The position numbers and the translations under genes were made by a program. From Amphiscolops sp. MND2022 (Eukaryota), in NCBI GenBank assembly GCA_964187785.1, contig OZ076409.1:62622001-62686000 (forward strand): DNA of 64,000 nucleotides, given 5' to 3'. Below, in pieces: positions 24,200 through 37,800 of this stretch. A model generated the notes under the pieces. The model did no database searches and was not told the DNA's origin. It was given only the letters and a program-made list of their open reading frames with translations. The stretch's first letter is position 1. Each line of letters starts with the position of its first letter.

Positions 24200-26750
24200 T
24201 TGCGCAAAGCATATATTAGAATTATGGCACGAGAGTTCACCTTGTCATTCCCTACTGCAATTTTTTACATATTTAAACTTCTAATCCTTGTCTGTCTGTT
24301 TTGGGTCCCAAAATTAAGAATTTAGTAACCATTTCGAATCTGGCTTGATGAAAACTTCAAAATCTCGTAAATATGGTACGCATAAACTGTTCCAATTATA
24401 GGCTCTTCTAAATTTTTCTATAACACTGGTCGTAACAGGAAGCCGAAAAGCTACACTAATCAGTTTATATCTGAAGTAATAAAATTTTGTGAAGTCTAGT
24501 TTTTGAGCCTAAACTATACAAAACAACGCCATAATGAACAGTTGGTGTTATTTACGTTCGCGTATATTGTACCAAATATCTTCTGTTCAATGTTTCTCGT
24601 GATTTGGAAAGGATTCATCTTTGTCGTGCGAGTTTGGCTATAACATTGTCGTTGTGTAATTTAGTGTTCAATTTTTATCGAGACGTATTCCCAAGTATTT
24701 ACAACTGTCACAAGAGAAAAGACGAAACTTCATGGTCTCCACTTACTATATTTGAATGATTTGCTGATCTCTTCTTGAAAACGAAAAACTTAGTTTTTGT
24801 GTAATTACAATCAACTCCGTTTTTTTTTATCCAAGTTTTTTCAGCAGATTCGAAGTATAATTTTTTTATCATTACTGTATCATCAGTGCATAATTTACAA
24901 CTTTGCTGTGCAAATTTTCATCTGCACCAAGATCGTTTATAGAAACTAGAAATAGAATGGGGATCAGTATTGACCCCTGTGGAACTCCACATTTTTTTTT
25001 GTTTCATTGCTGAACATTCTTGTTCCATTTTGACGTACTGGAACCCACTTGCCAGATATTCTGTTAGGAAATTTTGCGTAATACCCCTGATGCCGATAGG
25101 GTACAATTTATCCAACAAAACATTGTGATCAACTGAGTTGAACCATTATTTGAAATCATCAAAAATGCAGCTTGTTTAGCATGGATTGCCAATTTGGTTC
25201 TATTCTTTTCTAGGGCGAAGTTGCTGCTTGGATAGTAACTTTCTTTTTTCTGAATCCGCATTGATTATCTGTAAATCTTTTTAAAAAATTTTTTCAAGAT
25301 TGTTCAACATGCTTTTATTGAATACTTTTTCACATACTTTGAATAATTTGCCCAATTTGTAATTAGTCTATAATTCGAAGCAATATTGTTTTGTTCTTCT
25401 TTAAAAAATGGAAATAATTTAGCTCTTCTCAAAAGCTGTGGGAAAACGCTTTCAGATATACATTTATTAAAGCCAGTTTCCAAATAGGGACTGACAATTC
25501 GTGCCGCCTTTTCAAGATTCTGACGCAATTCCAACCATTCTTATTGCTTTTTTGTTTTTTAATGATTCAATAGTTTTCAAGATTTTGCCATCTGTAACAG
25601 TGGGAAAAACAAAGATTGCGATAGCTTTTTTTGCTCACTTTTCCATTTTTGAGTCAATGTAGTGTTCTTTGTATCACATGGAGAGATAAAATAATTGTTA
25701 GTGTCGTCAACAGAAAGTCCAGTACATTTTCCCACTTGGTTCCACGATGTTTTTCTTTCCCCTAATATATTCGAAGAATTATTTTGGATTATTTTGATCA
25801 ATTTTGTCTATTCAGCCTAATTTTGTTTTTTTTTTCTGTATGTATTTCCTTGCTTCCGATGGGATCCAAATCTGGTACAGCTTGTCAGTTTGTAATGTGT
25901 TTTTTGATACGGTTTGTAATCCATAAATTGTTTTGAAATATGCATTTTAATATGTTTATGCGGGAAGTTTTTATCTGTTGACTCAATTATTACTTGCGCA
26001 ATACCATCTTGATATCATTCTGCGTTTGTATTTTGCTCACCTAACTTGCCCAAAGAATGACTCAGGTAAAAGAGTAATTTTTCACGAAAAAAAAAGATCA
26101 TATAAATTCTTCAAAGATCTGAACTCAAAAATGTTTTGTACTATCTCATGAGAAAAACGCAATTTCAATTTTAGGGTATAGTGATCAGAATTCGTGGTTT
26201 CTTCGATCTGGGACTGTTGAACCTGAATAATTGCTGTATGTTGAATCAATAGTAGTAGTTACACTATACTACAACTCAATATCTGTAGTTCAGCTTCCAG
26301 ATATAATGTAACATCGATTACAAGTCCGCCACCTGTTTTTGGTCGGGGACGAGCAAATGGTCTGTTATAACATTCAAGCTTTAATAGTTCGTTCTTGAAC
26401 CACGTTTCAGTTACCGTGATAACCGAAGGCTCTAAGTCTGCTATCAAAACTTCTACATCACGTAAGTTGGTTGATACTGATCTTATATTATCATACAAAA
26501 TTGTCGACCCCTCTACCGCACTATTTTCAGAGTGTTCGTTTTGGAATGTCGAATTGACAGCCGAGATAACGCCTCACAAGGCAAAGAGCGACTTCTGCAT
26601 TGTCGTTTATGACAAGCATTATCGTTTATTGTTGGAATGTCACTACTTTTTGGGATAAACTGTTTTTGGATAGGGCTACCAGACAACATTGCTTTCACAA
26701 AATCCAGTACAGCATTTTCTTTCCCAGACAATGACTTTAACTCTTCCAAA
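24200..26750 (-). mobile_element. Heavily decayed non-LTR retrotransposon (APE-RT LINE, CR1/L2/Jockey-like)
   Basis: APE motifs (YDNIRS, ITVTETW, GGGLVI) at 26259-26498. RT motifs (VFPQLLRRAKLFPFFK..NYRLI; KL..IGIRG...FL..YL....QYV; GVPQGSIL near 24960-24990). Many frameshifts; boundaries approximate. Confidence 0.8.
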
Positions 26751-26884
26751 TTAATTGTTACTGAGTTACATCTGCGTCTACGAAATGCAAGCGTTTTTAA
26801 AGAGAGTTACCTAAATGGCCCATGTAGCACAACATCAATTTTCCAGAAGTCTTTTGATAGATACTTTTATTGAGAAAAAAGAAT

Positions 26885-27030
26885 ACAATTACTGTATCTT
26901 GTGGAATAAGAGCTAAAATAGCTATACTGTGTGGAATAAAGGCTGAATTCACTGTATCGTGTGTAATAAGGACTAAAATACAGAATCCTGTGCAAAAAGG
27001 ACCAAAAATACTGTATCTTGTGGAAGGAGA
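26885..27030 (+). repeat. Imperfect ~30-bp tandem repeat (ACTGTATCTTGTGGAATAAGAGCTAAAAT-like)
   Basis: About 5 units, located just 5' (minus-strand sense) of the LINE coding remnants. Confidence 0.6.
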
Positions 27031-27795
27031 CCGAAAATGCTGCGATTTTGGTCAGCATTCCACGAGAGAGTAATTGCAGTGTATCACTGTATTCTGTTCT
27101 TTTTATCCTACTCATTCAGTGATATATTTTCGCTCATATGGTTTTTTGGGAAGTTATGGATTATAGGTGCGAAGGTGCTTAACGCAAGGCTTGCGAAGAA
27201 TACTCGTTTGACACAGAATAAATTCAGTATATAAATTATCTATATTTTAAATAGTCTCGAAGATATAGGCAATAGAAAACTAGACTGACTAAAAAATCAT
27301 TTGTTCTTTGATCCGTTTTGTCAAAAAATGCACAAAGTAGCTACTTTAGCGAGTTGAATAATTCCACGAGAGGGACCCAAGAGTACACCATGAAAATGTA
27401 CAAACCATCATGCCACTACTTCGGATGGTTTTTGGAGAAATTATAGCTATTTGTTATTTGTTGAAATTTAGGCTCAAGCTACCAAATTCCTCACGAAAAA
27501 GAAAGACTATGACGGAGCTTGGTTTTGGTCATTTTCCTCCTTTGGAACAGAGACAGTTAAAAAAGATATTTAAGTGGTTGAAACTTTACTGCATAGAGAA
27601 GTGCCTCGGAGATATTACGGCCATGGGAAACTGAAGAGGATAAAAACTTGCATTTGTTGTAAATTTATTTACAATGTACTAGGACGCTACTTTACTGATA
27701 TGGAAATGGTTCCACGAGAAGGCCCTGGGAGTATACCAAGAAAAATGTTCGTCTATTATGCCCGTAGCTCGAATGTATGTGAAGAAAATAGTAGG

Positions 27796-28083
27796 TGTTC
27801 TGAATGGAATTTTATTTGAATTCGATGAATCATTCCTTCAAATAATTGACTTCAAACAAATTATAGTTCAAAATTGTAAAGCATACATGTATCTTGGATG
27901 AATATTTCCCTCGGCATTTTGTAAATATTTTCACATGTGTTTTTTTGTTTTCCCGCATCCTGTGTGTTTCAATTGCTAGACACAAATCTTCCGGAAATAA
28001 TAATTTTTCCTTTTTTAATCATTTTTTGGCTGATGGAGCGGCCTGGTCCGCCATTAGAAAAGTAGGGCTATCGGTGAGACACA
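27796..28083 (+). repeat. BEL 5' LTR
   Basis: ~99% identical to 34612..34899. Confidence 0.96.
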
Positions 28084-28466
28084 TTTTGGTCCGCCATAGA
28101 CCCCGGACTTACGAACTTTGAACTTTCGAAAAGAAACTACTTTTTTTGGAACTTTGTACCAAAAGTTGTCCTTACAAAAGTAACACTCGGTTGTCAAGTA
28201 ACTAATTACCAAGTAACTAACTTGCAAACCCTTCAACCTGCTAGTCTCAACTTCATCCACGATTGATCGTCATTCCCCGGCTAGCTCTTTCCATTTTACA
28301 ACTTAAAGGCATTTCGTTTCTTTTTTCGACGGTGAAAAAACTGTGGATCCCCCTGATAGTTTGTCCTTTATTATTACTTCCTAAAATTTTGGATACAGAT
28401 AGTCACATTTTTACGAAGTCTCTGATCGACCTTCAGCTTACCCCTAGCAAACCGAAAACTTCACTC

Positions 28467-29081
28467 ATGATAAATATTATCGGTGCAAGTTCACTAAAAC
28501 GAGCTTTACAAAACTTGGATTTTGATAACCGAAATACCCTTGGGAACTTTATCACAGCCATTCCTTCTTTGAGCTTGAACCCCTATGTTCAAAGTAATAC
28601 GCTCAAATTGTCTTTTTTACTGGATCATGGTATTCTTACAAATACGAATCAATTAGTTATTTGGCATGACATTCTGAACAACTCCTTGACTCCCCGTAAA
28701 TCAAATAACAATACAGCTCTTACCCCTAAAGAATTAGCAACTGAATTGTTAAAATATAAATCACGTATAACAGCCTTAGTCTATTGTGAACGTATTGGTG
28801 CACCCCATGCATTTGATGATCTTCGTGATCAAGATTTCATTGTTATTCGAGTCACAGAAAATCTTCTTTCTCGTAGAAAACAGAATGATATTCCTCTTTT
28901 GAATGAATATTCCCGACTTCATCCAGTAGCGGATATTGAATTAAAGTCTTTGTTCATTGTTTTGGAGCACCGAAACAATCTTAAAGCTTTATCCCAAAAT
29001 ACAAGAAGTCCCAGCAAGAAACCTTCTCAAAGGAAAAGAAGATTGAAGAAGCTTTTAGAGCAGAGTTTGAAGTCAACTTAA
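28467..29081 (+). CDS. Extra ORF upstream of gag, SGNH/GDSL hydrolase-like (204 aa from ATG 28467; the open frame extends back to 28263)
   Basis: IIGASSL (block I GDS-like), IPSLSLN (block II-like), LVIWHDILNNS (block III-like), YSRLHP (block V DxxHP-like), and a basic C-terminal tail KKPSQRKRRLKK. Intact frame. Confidence 0.6.
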   Translation: MINIIGASSLKRALQNLDFDNRNTLGNFITAIPSLSLNPYVQSNTLKLSFLLDHGILTNTNQLVIWHDILNNSLTPRKSNNNTALTPKELATELLKYKSRITALVYCERIGAPHAFDDLRDQDFIVIRVTENLLSRRKQNDIPLLNEYSRLHPVADIELKSLFIVLEHRNNLKALSQNTRSPSKKPSQRKRRLKKLLEQSLKST

Positions 29082-29226
29082 CGTTAGAAGTTTTTTTATT
29101 TCATCCTGTGAGTTGAGTTCGGTGTGGTCACTGGACGATTAGCTCATCGGTGGCCTATCCGACTTGACTTTGAGGATTATTTACTTTGTTTATTGTTCGT
29201 GATAGTGTTGTATTGTAATCTGAAAA

Positions 29227-32200
29227 ATGTCTGTAACTGAAAGTAGTTCTTCCGTACAACCAGCCACTGAAGATAGAAAACTTACTCGCATCCGAGGTGG
29301 TCACAAAGGTGCTTTCACTAGATTGGAACAGAAAGTTGATGAATTTACGGTCACTGCTATTGACTCTTCAACTGAATTATTTCAAGGTGAAGCTTTGCTG
29401 AAGACATTACAAGATAGAATTGCATTGATTCATAAGTTTGATGCGGAAATTGAATTATTGATAGAAGATGAAGATGATTTAGCCAATGAAACTAGAACGG
29501 AGTTTCATGTTTCTGCTAGTGTTACCATCGCTAGGTTGTCTGCATTGATTGAGAATTACAAAAAAGAACGCGATAGACCTCCGCGTGAGTTTTCCACAGA
29601 CTCTTCTCCATCAAGCTCTGCCACATCGAGTAGATTGAAGTTGCCTAAACTTCAGTTACCAACATTCACTGGATCATACACTGACTGGATGAGTTTCTTT
29701 GACCTATTCAAGGCCTCCGTCGATTCTAATACCCATCTCTCCAATTCAGAGAAGCTGAACTATTTGAAAGCCTGTGTGAAGGGTGAAGCAGCGAGACTCA
29801 TTAGTTCAATCTCGATAACTGACGCAAACTATAATATTGCCTTTGCATTGTTGAAAGATCGATATGAAAATAAAAGGAGCATCATCCAAGCTCATTTGCA
29901 AGCAATTTGGTCGCAGCCGGTTTTGAAAACTGAATCCGCTTTTGGATTGAGAAAACTTCTGGAACTCACCAATGAGCATTTACGAGCACTCGTTGAACTT
30001 GGTCAACCAGTAGAGCACTGGAATGCAATCTTAGTTTTTGTTCTGACGGACAAGATGGATCCAGAGTCACGTAAGCAGTGGCAGCTGGATAATCCTGGCA
30101 CTGAAGTTTTGTCTTGGGAATTATTGTCAAAATTCCTTGACACAAGAAGCCGTGCACTCGAATCGGGTGGCACAAAGGTCACACCGCAACCAAGTGTGAC
30201 TCCTCCCTGTAACCAAGGGAATCAAACTCCGACCAAAAGGGTTCAGAATTATGCTGTTCAAGGCTCATCGTGCGAATCTTGCCAGGAGGATCATCGCCTT
30301 TACGCTTGTTCACAATTCAAAGGAATGTGTCTTGCTGATAGACATAAGTTCATAAAAGACAAAAAGCTCTGTTTCAACTGCTTCCAATCAGGACACTCGT
30401 CTAATAGGTGCCCATCAAAGTTCACTTGTCGTGAGTGCAAAATGAAACATCACACCTTGCTTCATCGACCTCAGAAACAGCTTCCTGATCAACGCACCTC
30501 TACAAAGACTTATTCAAGTATGAATTCGACTTCCAACAAAATGGAGTCTACAAAGCAATTCACCACAGAGCACTTTAGTGCTGACAATGAAATAAATACT
30601 GTTCTTCTTTCTACATCTCTTGTAACAATTCGGAATTCATCGGGAGACGCGATCAAGCTGCGGGCTCTCTTAGATTCTGGTTCACAAACCAGTTTCGTAA
30701 CAGAAGATGTTGCAAAGGCGCTCATGCTGCCAACTCAGCGCAGCCAAATAAATGTTTCTACAATGAGTTCTTCCCATTTCCAAAAAACTCGAGGCTTATT
30801 GCCTGTGAAGTTGAATGATACTATCGAAGTTAATCTTCATCTCATACCAAAAATCTCCAATACCATTCCTGATAAAGAAATTGACGTTTCGACCATGCGC
30901 CATGTGAACAATCTTAACTTAGCTGATCCCACTTTCAACGTTCCTAATAAGGTTGATCTCTTGCTAGGTGCAGATGTTATAGAAGACATTATGCTTGATA
31001 ATAAAATAAAGGACAACGGCTTGTGCATTCGGGATTCCGTATTCGGTTGGGTTGTGTCTGGTCCTGTGTATTCGTCTGGCAGCAACAACGTTGTGTCCCA
31101 CATGACTACCACTCCGAATTGTTACTCTGACCAACTCCTTTTGAAATTTTGGGAAATAGAAAGTGTCCCCGAAACTAGACACTTAAATTTGGATGAGCGT
31201 CGTTGTGAAGAGCACTTCGATAGCACCACAAAACGCAATGAAGACGGCCGTTTTGTAGTACAGATGCCATTTAAAGATGGACCCCACAATTTAGGACTTT
31301 CGAAAGCGAACGCAATGAAGCGTTTCATTCGTCTCGAATACACTTTGCGCCATAATGTCGATCTTTTTCGAAAGTGTTCAGCTTTTATTCAAGAATTCAT
31401 TGACCTTGGACACTTGGAGAAGGTCCAACCCGGGGAGATTAATAATTCTCCGAACTTCTACTTGCCTCATCATTGCGTGCTGAAAGAAGATAGTACAACC
31501 ACCAAATTGCGTGTTGTATTTGACGCTAGTGCTAAAACGACAACGAGTTTTTCTTTTAATGATTGTTTGCTAGTTGGTCCCAAACTTCAAGATGATTTGT
31601 TCAATATTCTCGTGCGATTCCGTTTCTTCAAGATTGCTTTATCAGCTGATGTAGCGAAGACGTATCGGCAAGTTGAGCTGGATAAAGCCGATCGAGACTT
31701 TCATCGGATCCTCTGGAGATTTACAGCTGATGGTCCGGTTGAAACCTTACGCATGACCCGAGTTACATATGGCGTAGCTTCCTCATCGTATCATTCAATC
31801 CGATCTTTGCGAGAATGTGCCAATTTGTCGGAAGTATCCACTGAGGTTCAAAGAGCTATATTGAGAGATTTTTATGTTGATGACATTCTCACTGGAGCCA
31901 ATTCGATCGATGAAGCTCGAATACTCCAAAAGCAATTAGTAGAAACTCTTAAACCAGGAAGATTCGATCTCCGCAAGTGGACTTCGAATGAATCCAGCAT
32001 TATCTTAGACCTTCCGCCCGAGTATCGCGAAGCAAATGATAACTTGGAGTTTTTAGACAAAGACCATACAATGAAAACGCTCGGTATTGTTTGGCAACAC
32101 AGCGAAGATCGCTTCGTTTTTAAGGTTTCCCACATCGAAAAGGAAAACTTTAAAGCAAAGGTCTTGACCAAAAGACAAATGCTCAGTGACATTTCAAAGA

Positions 32201-34503
32201 CTTTCGACCCATTGGGTTGGTTGTCACCAGTTACCATTTTCTTGAAACAGTTAAAGCAAAGGGCTTGGGAAGCAAAAATTTCATGGGATGATCACCTCCC
32301 TTCCGAACTTGCCGACTAATATTTGAAGTGGAGGACGAAATTGATCTCTTTAAAGGATGTGGAATTGCAACGATTTGTATTACTTGATGGATTCTCGGAC
32401 AAGATTGAGTTGCATCTCTTCTGTGATGCATCAGAAAGGGCTTATGCTGCTTGTATTTATATTGTTGCCACAGATTCTCATGGCAGGCGGAAGTCAACCC
32501 TGCTTGTTGCCAAAACCAAGGTAGCCCCCGTGAAAACACAATCTGTTCCGAGATTAGAATTATGTGCTGCTTTGCTAGGCACTAGGTTATATCAATCTGT
32601 CATCAAGTCTATTGGTCAAACGCCAGTTGTTATTGAGAAAACCTTCGCGTGGACTGATTCAACAATAGTTCTGTGTTGGTTGTCAAAAGAACCATCTCGC
32701 TGGTCAACTTTTGTTTCAAACAGAATTAGTGAAATTCAAGGTGAAAACAAATTGAATTGGAATCATGTGTGTTCCGAGGAGAATCCTGCGGATCCTGCAT
32801 CTCGAGGAATTAACCCTGACGAAATAAACCAACATGACCTATGGTGGAATGGTCCGAAGTGGTTACTAACAGGGGCATTTCCGAAAACATTGTCAATTGT
32901 TGAAACATCTGAAGAGATGAAAAAGTCGACTCTAACAACAGGAATTACCAGTCTTCAAACCTCTGTGGCTCACAGGGATACCAAAAAGGATGTTATTGAT
33001 TTGTCGAGGTTTAACTCCTTATACAAAGTCCTCCGAATTCTTGCTTACGCTAGACGTTTTATTGACAAACTGAAGAAGAACGTGGTTGTTTTACCAAATT
33101 ACATTACTGCCCCAGAGTTAACAGAGTCAATCATAATTTAGATTCGCCAAGAACAAATGAAACGATATTCGGAAGAAATCCGAACTCTAGAAATTGCACA
33201 ACAAGTTAAGCCCAAGAGTCAAATCTGCAAATTATACCCGTTTCTCGATAATGGCATTCTTTGTGTCGGAGGAAGATTAGTACATGCAAAGTTGCCCGAA
33301 GAAAGCAAGTTTCAAAGACTAATTCCTCAAGACAGTCACCTCGCACGTCTAATTGTATTGAATTCTCACCAGCTGACACTCCATGGTGGGACTAGTCAAA
33401 CAATTGCTCATATTAGAACTCGTTTCTGGATTCCCAGTTGTAGAAATTTTGTTCGAAAAATGATAATGAATTGTGTCAATTGTAATCGCTTCAACTCGAA
33501 GCCAGTTTTCCCCTTGATGGGAGATTTTCCAACGACAAGAGTTGACCCTCCTATAAAAGCCTTTGAGGACGTGGGCCTAGACTTTGCTGGTCCTTTCTTT
33601 TGTAGGAAATCTCCGAATTCTCTTGAGAAATCCTACCTAGCACTTTTTGTGTGCTTTGCCAGTAAAGCAGTTCACCTGGAACTAGTCTCCGATCTTAGTA
33701 CAGCAGCATGTATTGCAGTCATAAGAAGATTCGTTTCTCGCAGATGTTGTCCCAAAAATCTTTATAGTGATAATGGGTAAAATTTTGTTGGTTCGGATAA
33801 AGAAATAGCAGACCTTCAAAAGATATTAAGGAATGAACACTGTGACTCCTTGCAGGCTGAAGCAGCAGGCTTGCACATCAAGTGGTTCTTCATCCCTCCA
33901 AGAGCTCCTCACTTTGGTGGCCTATGGGAATCAGCAATCAAGTGTGCAAAGATACATCTTCGAAAAGTTATGGGAAACAAAGTTCTGTCCTTTGAAGAAC
34001 TATGTACTCTACTTTGTCAAATTGAAATGATTTTGAATTCAAGACCAATCTGCCCATTATCAGGAGATCCAAATGACGAGTTTTTCTTAACTCCTGCTCA
34101 CTTCTGCTTGGGTGGAAAGTTGGAGAATCTACCTTTGAGCCAAACTACCGATGATTTGAAAAACCCTGACAGTACACATTCACCCACAAAAAGATGGATA
34201 CAAATACAGAAAATGGTCTCTCATTTTTGGAAAAGATGGGTCAAAGAATATGTACTCTCCCTGCAAGAAAGAAATAAATGGAAACTAGAAACTTCTAATT
34301 TGAAAGTTGGTGATATTGTTTTTGTAATTGATGACAATGTTCCCCCACTACAGTGGCCTTTGGCTAAAATCCAACATGTCTAAACCGGCCCAGACAAGTT
34401 TGTGAGAGTCGTAAAAATAAAAACCGCTACAGGAATCTACAATCGACCGGTGCATAAATTGAAGAAAATGTTTGATGCTAATTTCAATGATGAATTCAAA
34501 TGA
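29227..34503 (+). pseudogene. BEL/Pao gag-pol polyprotein in a single frame with 4 premature stops
   Basis: DUF1759-like gag (KLPKLQLPTFTG), three Cys/His knuckles, protease LLDSGS, RT (YLPHH, KLRVVFDAS, FYVDD), Pao RNase H (FCDAS, PRLELCAA, NPADPASRG) and integrase (GLDFAGP, SDNG, PHFGGLWE). Stops at 32317, 33139, 33778 and 34381, all in one frame; natural stop 34501-34503. Confidence 0.95.
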
Positions 34504-34611
34504 CTTTGTTCCCTAACCTTATATATCTTTTACTGTGCCTTATTTTATTGCGCTTGCGTGTTCAACGCTCTTGTTAATTTCTTCCCTGCGAAATCAAGGC
34601 AGGCGGTGTTA

Positions 34612-34899
34612 TGTTCTGAGTGGAATTTTATTTGAAATCGATGAATCATTCCTTCAAATAAATGACTTCAAACAAATTATAGTTCAAAATTGTAAAGCAT
34701 ACATGTATCTTGGATGAATATTTCCCTCGGCATTTTGTAAATATTTTCACATGTGTTTTTTTGTTTTCCCGCATCCTGTGTGTTTCAATTGCTAGACACA
34801 AATCTTCCGGAAATAATAATTTTTCCTTTTTTAATCATTTTTTGGCTGATGGAGCGGCCTGGTCCGCCATTAGAAAAGTAGGGCTATCGGTGAGACACA
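34612..34899 (+). repeat. BEL 3' LTR
   Basis: ~99% identical to 27796..28083 and followed by TSD GTAGG. Confidence 0.96.
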
Positions 34900-37800
34900 G
34901 TAGGTAAATGATTAGGAACTGAACAGTTTCCACAACATTACAATCCTATTCACTGGAATGTGATTCTATTTCATCCAATTGACACTCGTCTCGATACTTC
35001 TGGAGTTGTTGACGCTTATATTCAGGTGGTCAGGCTCGACCTGTCAAGTTTTTTAACAGGAAAAAATTATGTTGGAATATTTAGTCGAAAATACTTTTTC
35101 TACTGGAAAACTTATCGCTTGGCATTAAAGTCATAACTTAAACTCACGCATTTGATAAACTCATCAACCAACGATCCCGCGAAATCCGTGAAAGTCTCAA
35201 TTTGGGGTCAAACAGAATCAGTATCTTCTCTTCTTCAGAAGTGCAAAGCTATCAGAAGTTCAAATCATGAAAGAAACGCCTGGTTTCACGTAATGTGTGT
35301 TATTAATTTTTTCCCAAACTTCATATGGGAAAACAAAAACAACTTTCCAGCGTTGTTTTTACAATTTTGTCTTAAAGTAAATAAATTTGTCTGGAATTTG
35401 CAGATAATGTGTGGGCCTTCGACTAGGGATTGGTCTAGTTTTGCTCTCACCGTCACGTTGTTTCGAAAGGCAACTTTACACAATTTAGTTATTTAGTAAG
35501 TAAAGAATCCAGACTGTTATTTTTTGACGCCTGAAAAAATTCAACACATTACCACGCCACTTGGGGAAAACAGTGACGGCAACAAATCTGTTGTACTCTT
35601 ATGTGGATTCTTCAACTGTATTATAGTACATGTGTTTTCAAGATAAAAGTGGGGTGAAATACTTTTCTGGCTTCTTGCACTAATAGCTGCGTAACTTGTG
35701 AAGAATCGCCAAAAGTAAAATTTCACGAGTTTCTCTTGATTCTTAAAGCTGTGGATTCTTCGTTTGCAAAATTGCAAGATCAATTCCAAATATTTCTAAT
35801 TCCGCAGTTCCAGTTTTTTGCCATTTCTTATACCATTATGATATCATTATACCATATCGTTTTTTTAAAGGTATAATTATGGTGTCTTTTCAATCACAAT
35901 GACTGTATGGTGAATACTTGACACATTTTTGAGTTTTGAAACCTGAAATCATTACAATGAACTGTTATCCACAAATATGAAACACAAAAGGGCCTTTTAA
36001 AAAATTGAGAGTACACACTGGTGAAAAATTCGAAAGAACACTTCATTGTGATGATTCCAGGTTTTCAAAACGGTCAAGAGTGTGACAAATGAATCATAAA
36101 ATTGTAACAAGTATTCACCATAGAGTCATTGTGACGGCACTCGAACAGAGAGATGCAGCAATCGAGAAAAATTTTCAAAGATTTTTTTAGCGGGCAGATT
36201 TATTCACCGGGTCTCTAAAGATGTTGTTTAAGCATATCAAAAGCCATGTATGGGATCGTTCATTGCTTTGAACTGTAGTTCGTTTAGAAGCGGATTTCCG
36301 CCTTTTTTTTAAAAAAAAAAAACAAAAAATCCTCTGAAAAACGAAAAACTGTCACCTCGTGAAATGTCACATACGTAAAAACCACATTGATATTTTTATC
36401 AAACTCAAAATATTGCCGGCGGTACAAAGACGATAAAACCCCACTCATGTTATCGCTCAAGAAGCGAAGCAAGAAATCATTTCTATGTACATTTTTCTTT
36501 ATTTTCCCATACATTCGTTGTATAATTTTTCAGTATAATTTTCTTTTGCATTTTTGTATACTTTCTAAATTTTGTTACTCCCGGCTGCTTTGAACTTGGT
36601 GAACAACCCTCGGCAGGGGTACATTCGCTGATAGTGTCTTGTGTGAGATAGGATAACAAAGCAATCGGCCCAGCACCGCTTGTAACTTCCCTTCATCTTA
36701 TCTGGAAAAAACGGAGAGAATTTTTGAATAGAAGTAACACGTCTTTGAGTCGGTGCCTTGGAAGGTCGTATACTCGTCTAATCTCGGGCCTCTTGACTCG
36801 GCTGATAAGAAGCAACAACGGCCGATAAATTTTTCCAAAGCAAGTTGAAGCTGGAGTTAACATTTTTGAAGATTTTTCCCGCGTTGATAGAATTTTTCAA
36901 GCTTTTTTCCGCAAAGATACCATTTTTCAAGCTTTTCCCGCTCAGATAACGGATGAAAAAAATAGGAGACTCTTGGAATGTCGGTAGATAAGATAGCGAC
37001 AACACCACTGTTATTATTAATGATGGAAAAAAATTCAAAGGAGGAAAGTAAATAAAAACAAAAAGGCCGAGACCAAAATCATGAAGTTACTGAAACTAAA
37101 GCTCAGCTACGAGCAAATGCTAAAATGAAATAGTGACTATCTAGAAGATGACATCTAGATAAATCGACTCCTGGGATTTTTTAAACCTAAAATGGCTTCT
37201 GGCAATGTTCAAAAATGACAATTTTTCAAGGACATCTGCATATGTTGCAAACGTGCGTACAAACGTTGAATAAATAAAATGATGAGACAATTTTTCTTCA
37301 AAAAATGAATTCATTGGATGGATATTAAACATGAAAATATTGCAAAGAACGAAAAAAAATTGGAGAACAATCAGCTGTTTAGTTAACGAATATATTGCAA
37401 ACAAATTGTCAAAAAATTATAAAGCCCCGGGGAAAACAACGCTCAACTAAAACCAAGAGTTCGAAGACTTGGGGCGCTTGGAAAATCATAATAATATGGA
37501 TCATGTCAAGAACAATCTAGATAATGACAAAAATTCCATGACATGCTATGGTTCTTATTAGGAATCTCAGGTTAGTTTATAGTGCTCCGCTAAACACATC
37601 AATAGTACTCGGGAACACAATCTGACTCAGAAATTTGAAAAATAGATGCGAGAGAAGTGTTAGTAACACAAGAAATTTCAGAACGTGAGTTAACCCAGTA
37701 TCAAGTCTGTGGCCGACCTGAAATCCTGATTTAAAAATTTTCACGTGTCCATACAAATGGTGAGATTATCCTAAATGAGCGCAAAAAGGCAGCCAAACTT

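Larger units (their letters stand above)
27796..34899 (+). mobile_element. Full-length BEL/Pao LTR retrotransposon with an extra 5' ORF
   Basis: 288-bp LTRs at 27796..28083 and 34612..34899 (TG..CA, 3 differences counted). 5-bp TSD GTAGG (27791-27795, 34900-34904). PBS TTTTGGTCC at 28084. BEL-type polyprotein. Confidence 0.97.

Noticed and set aside
29227..34503. Alternative genetic code (TAA/TAG reassigned) explaining the in-frame stops
   Set aside because: Only four stops in ~1760 codons, at positions expected to hold different residues. TAA/TAG terminate other ORFs normally, and the host SLC23 exons have none.
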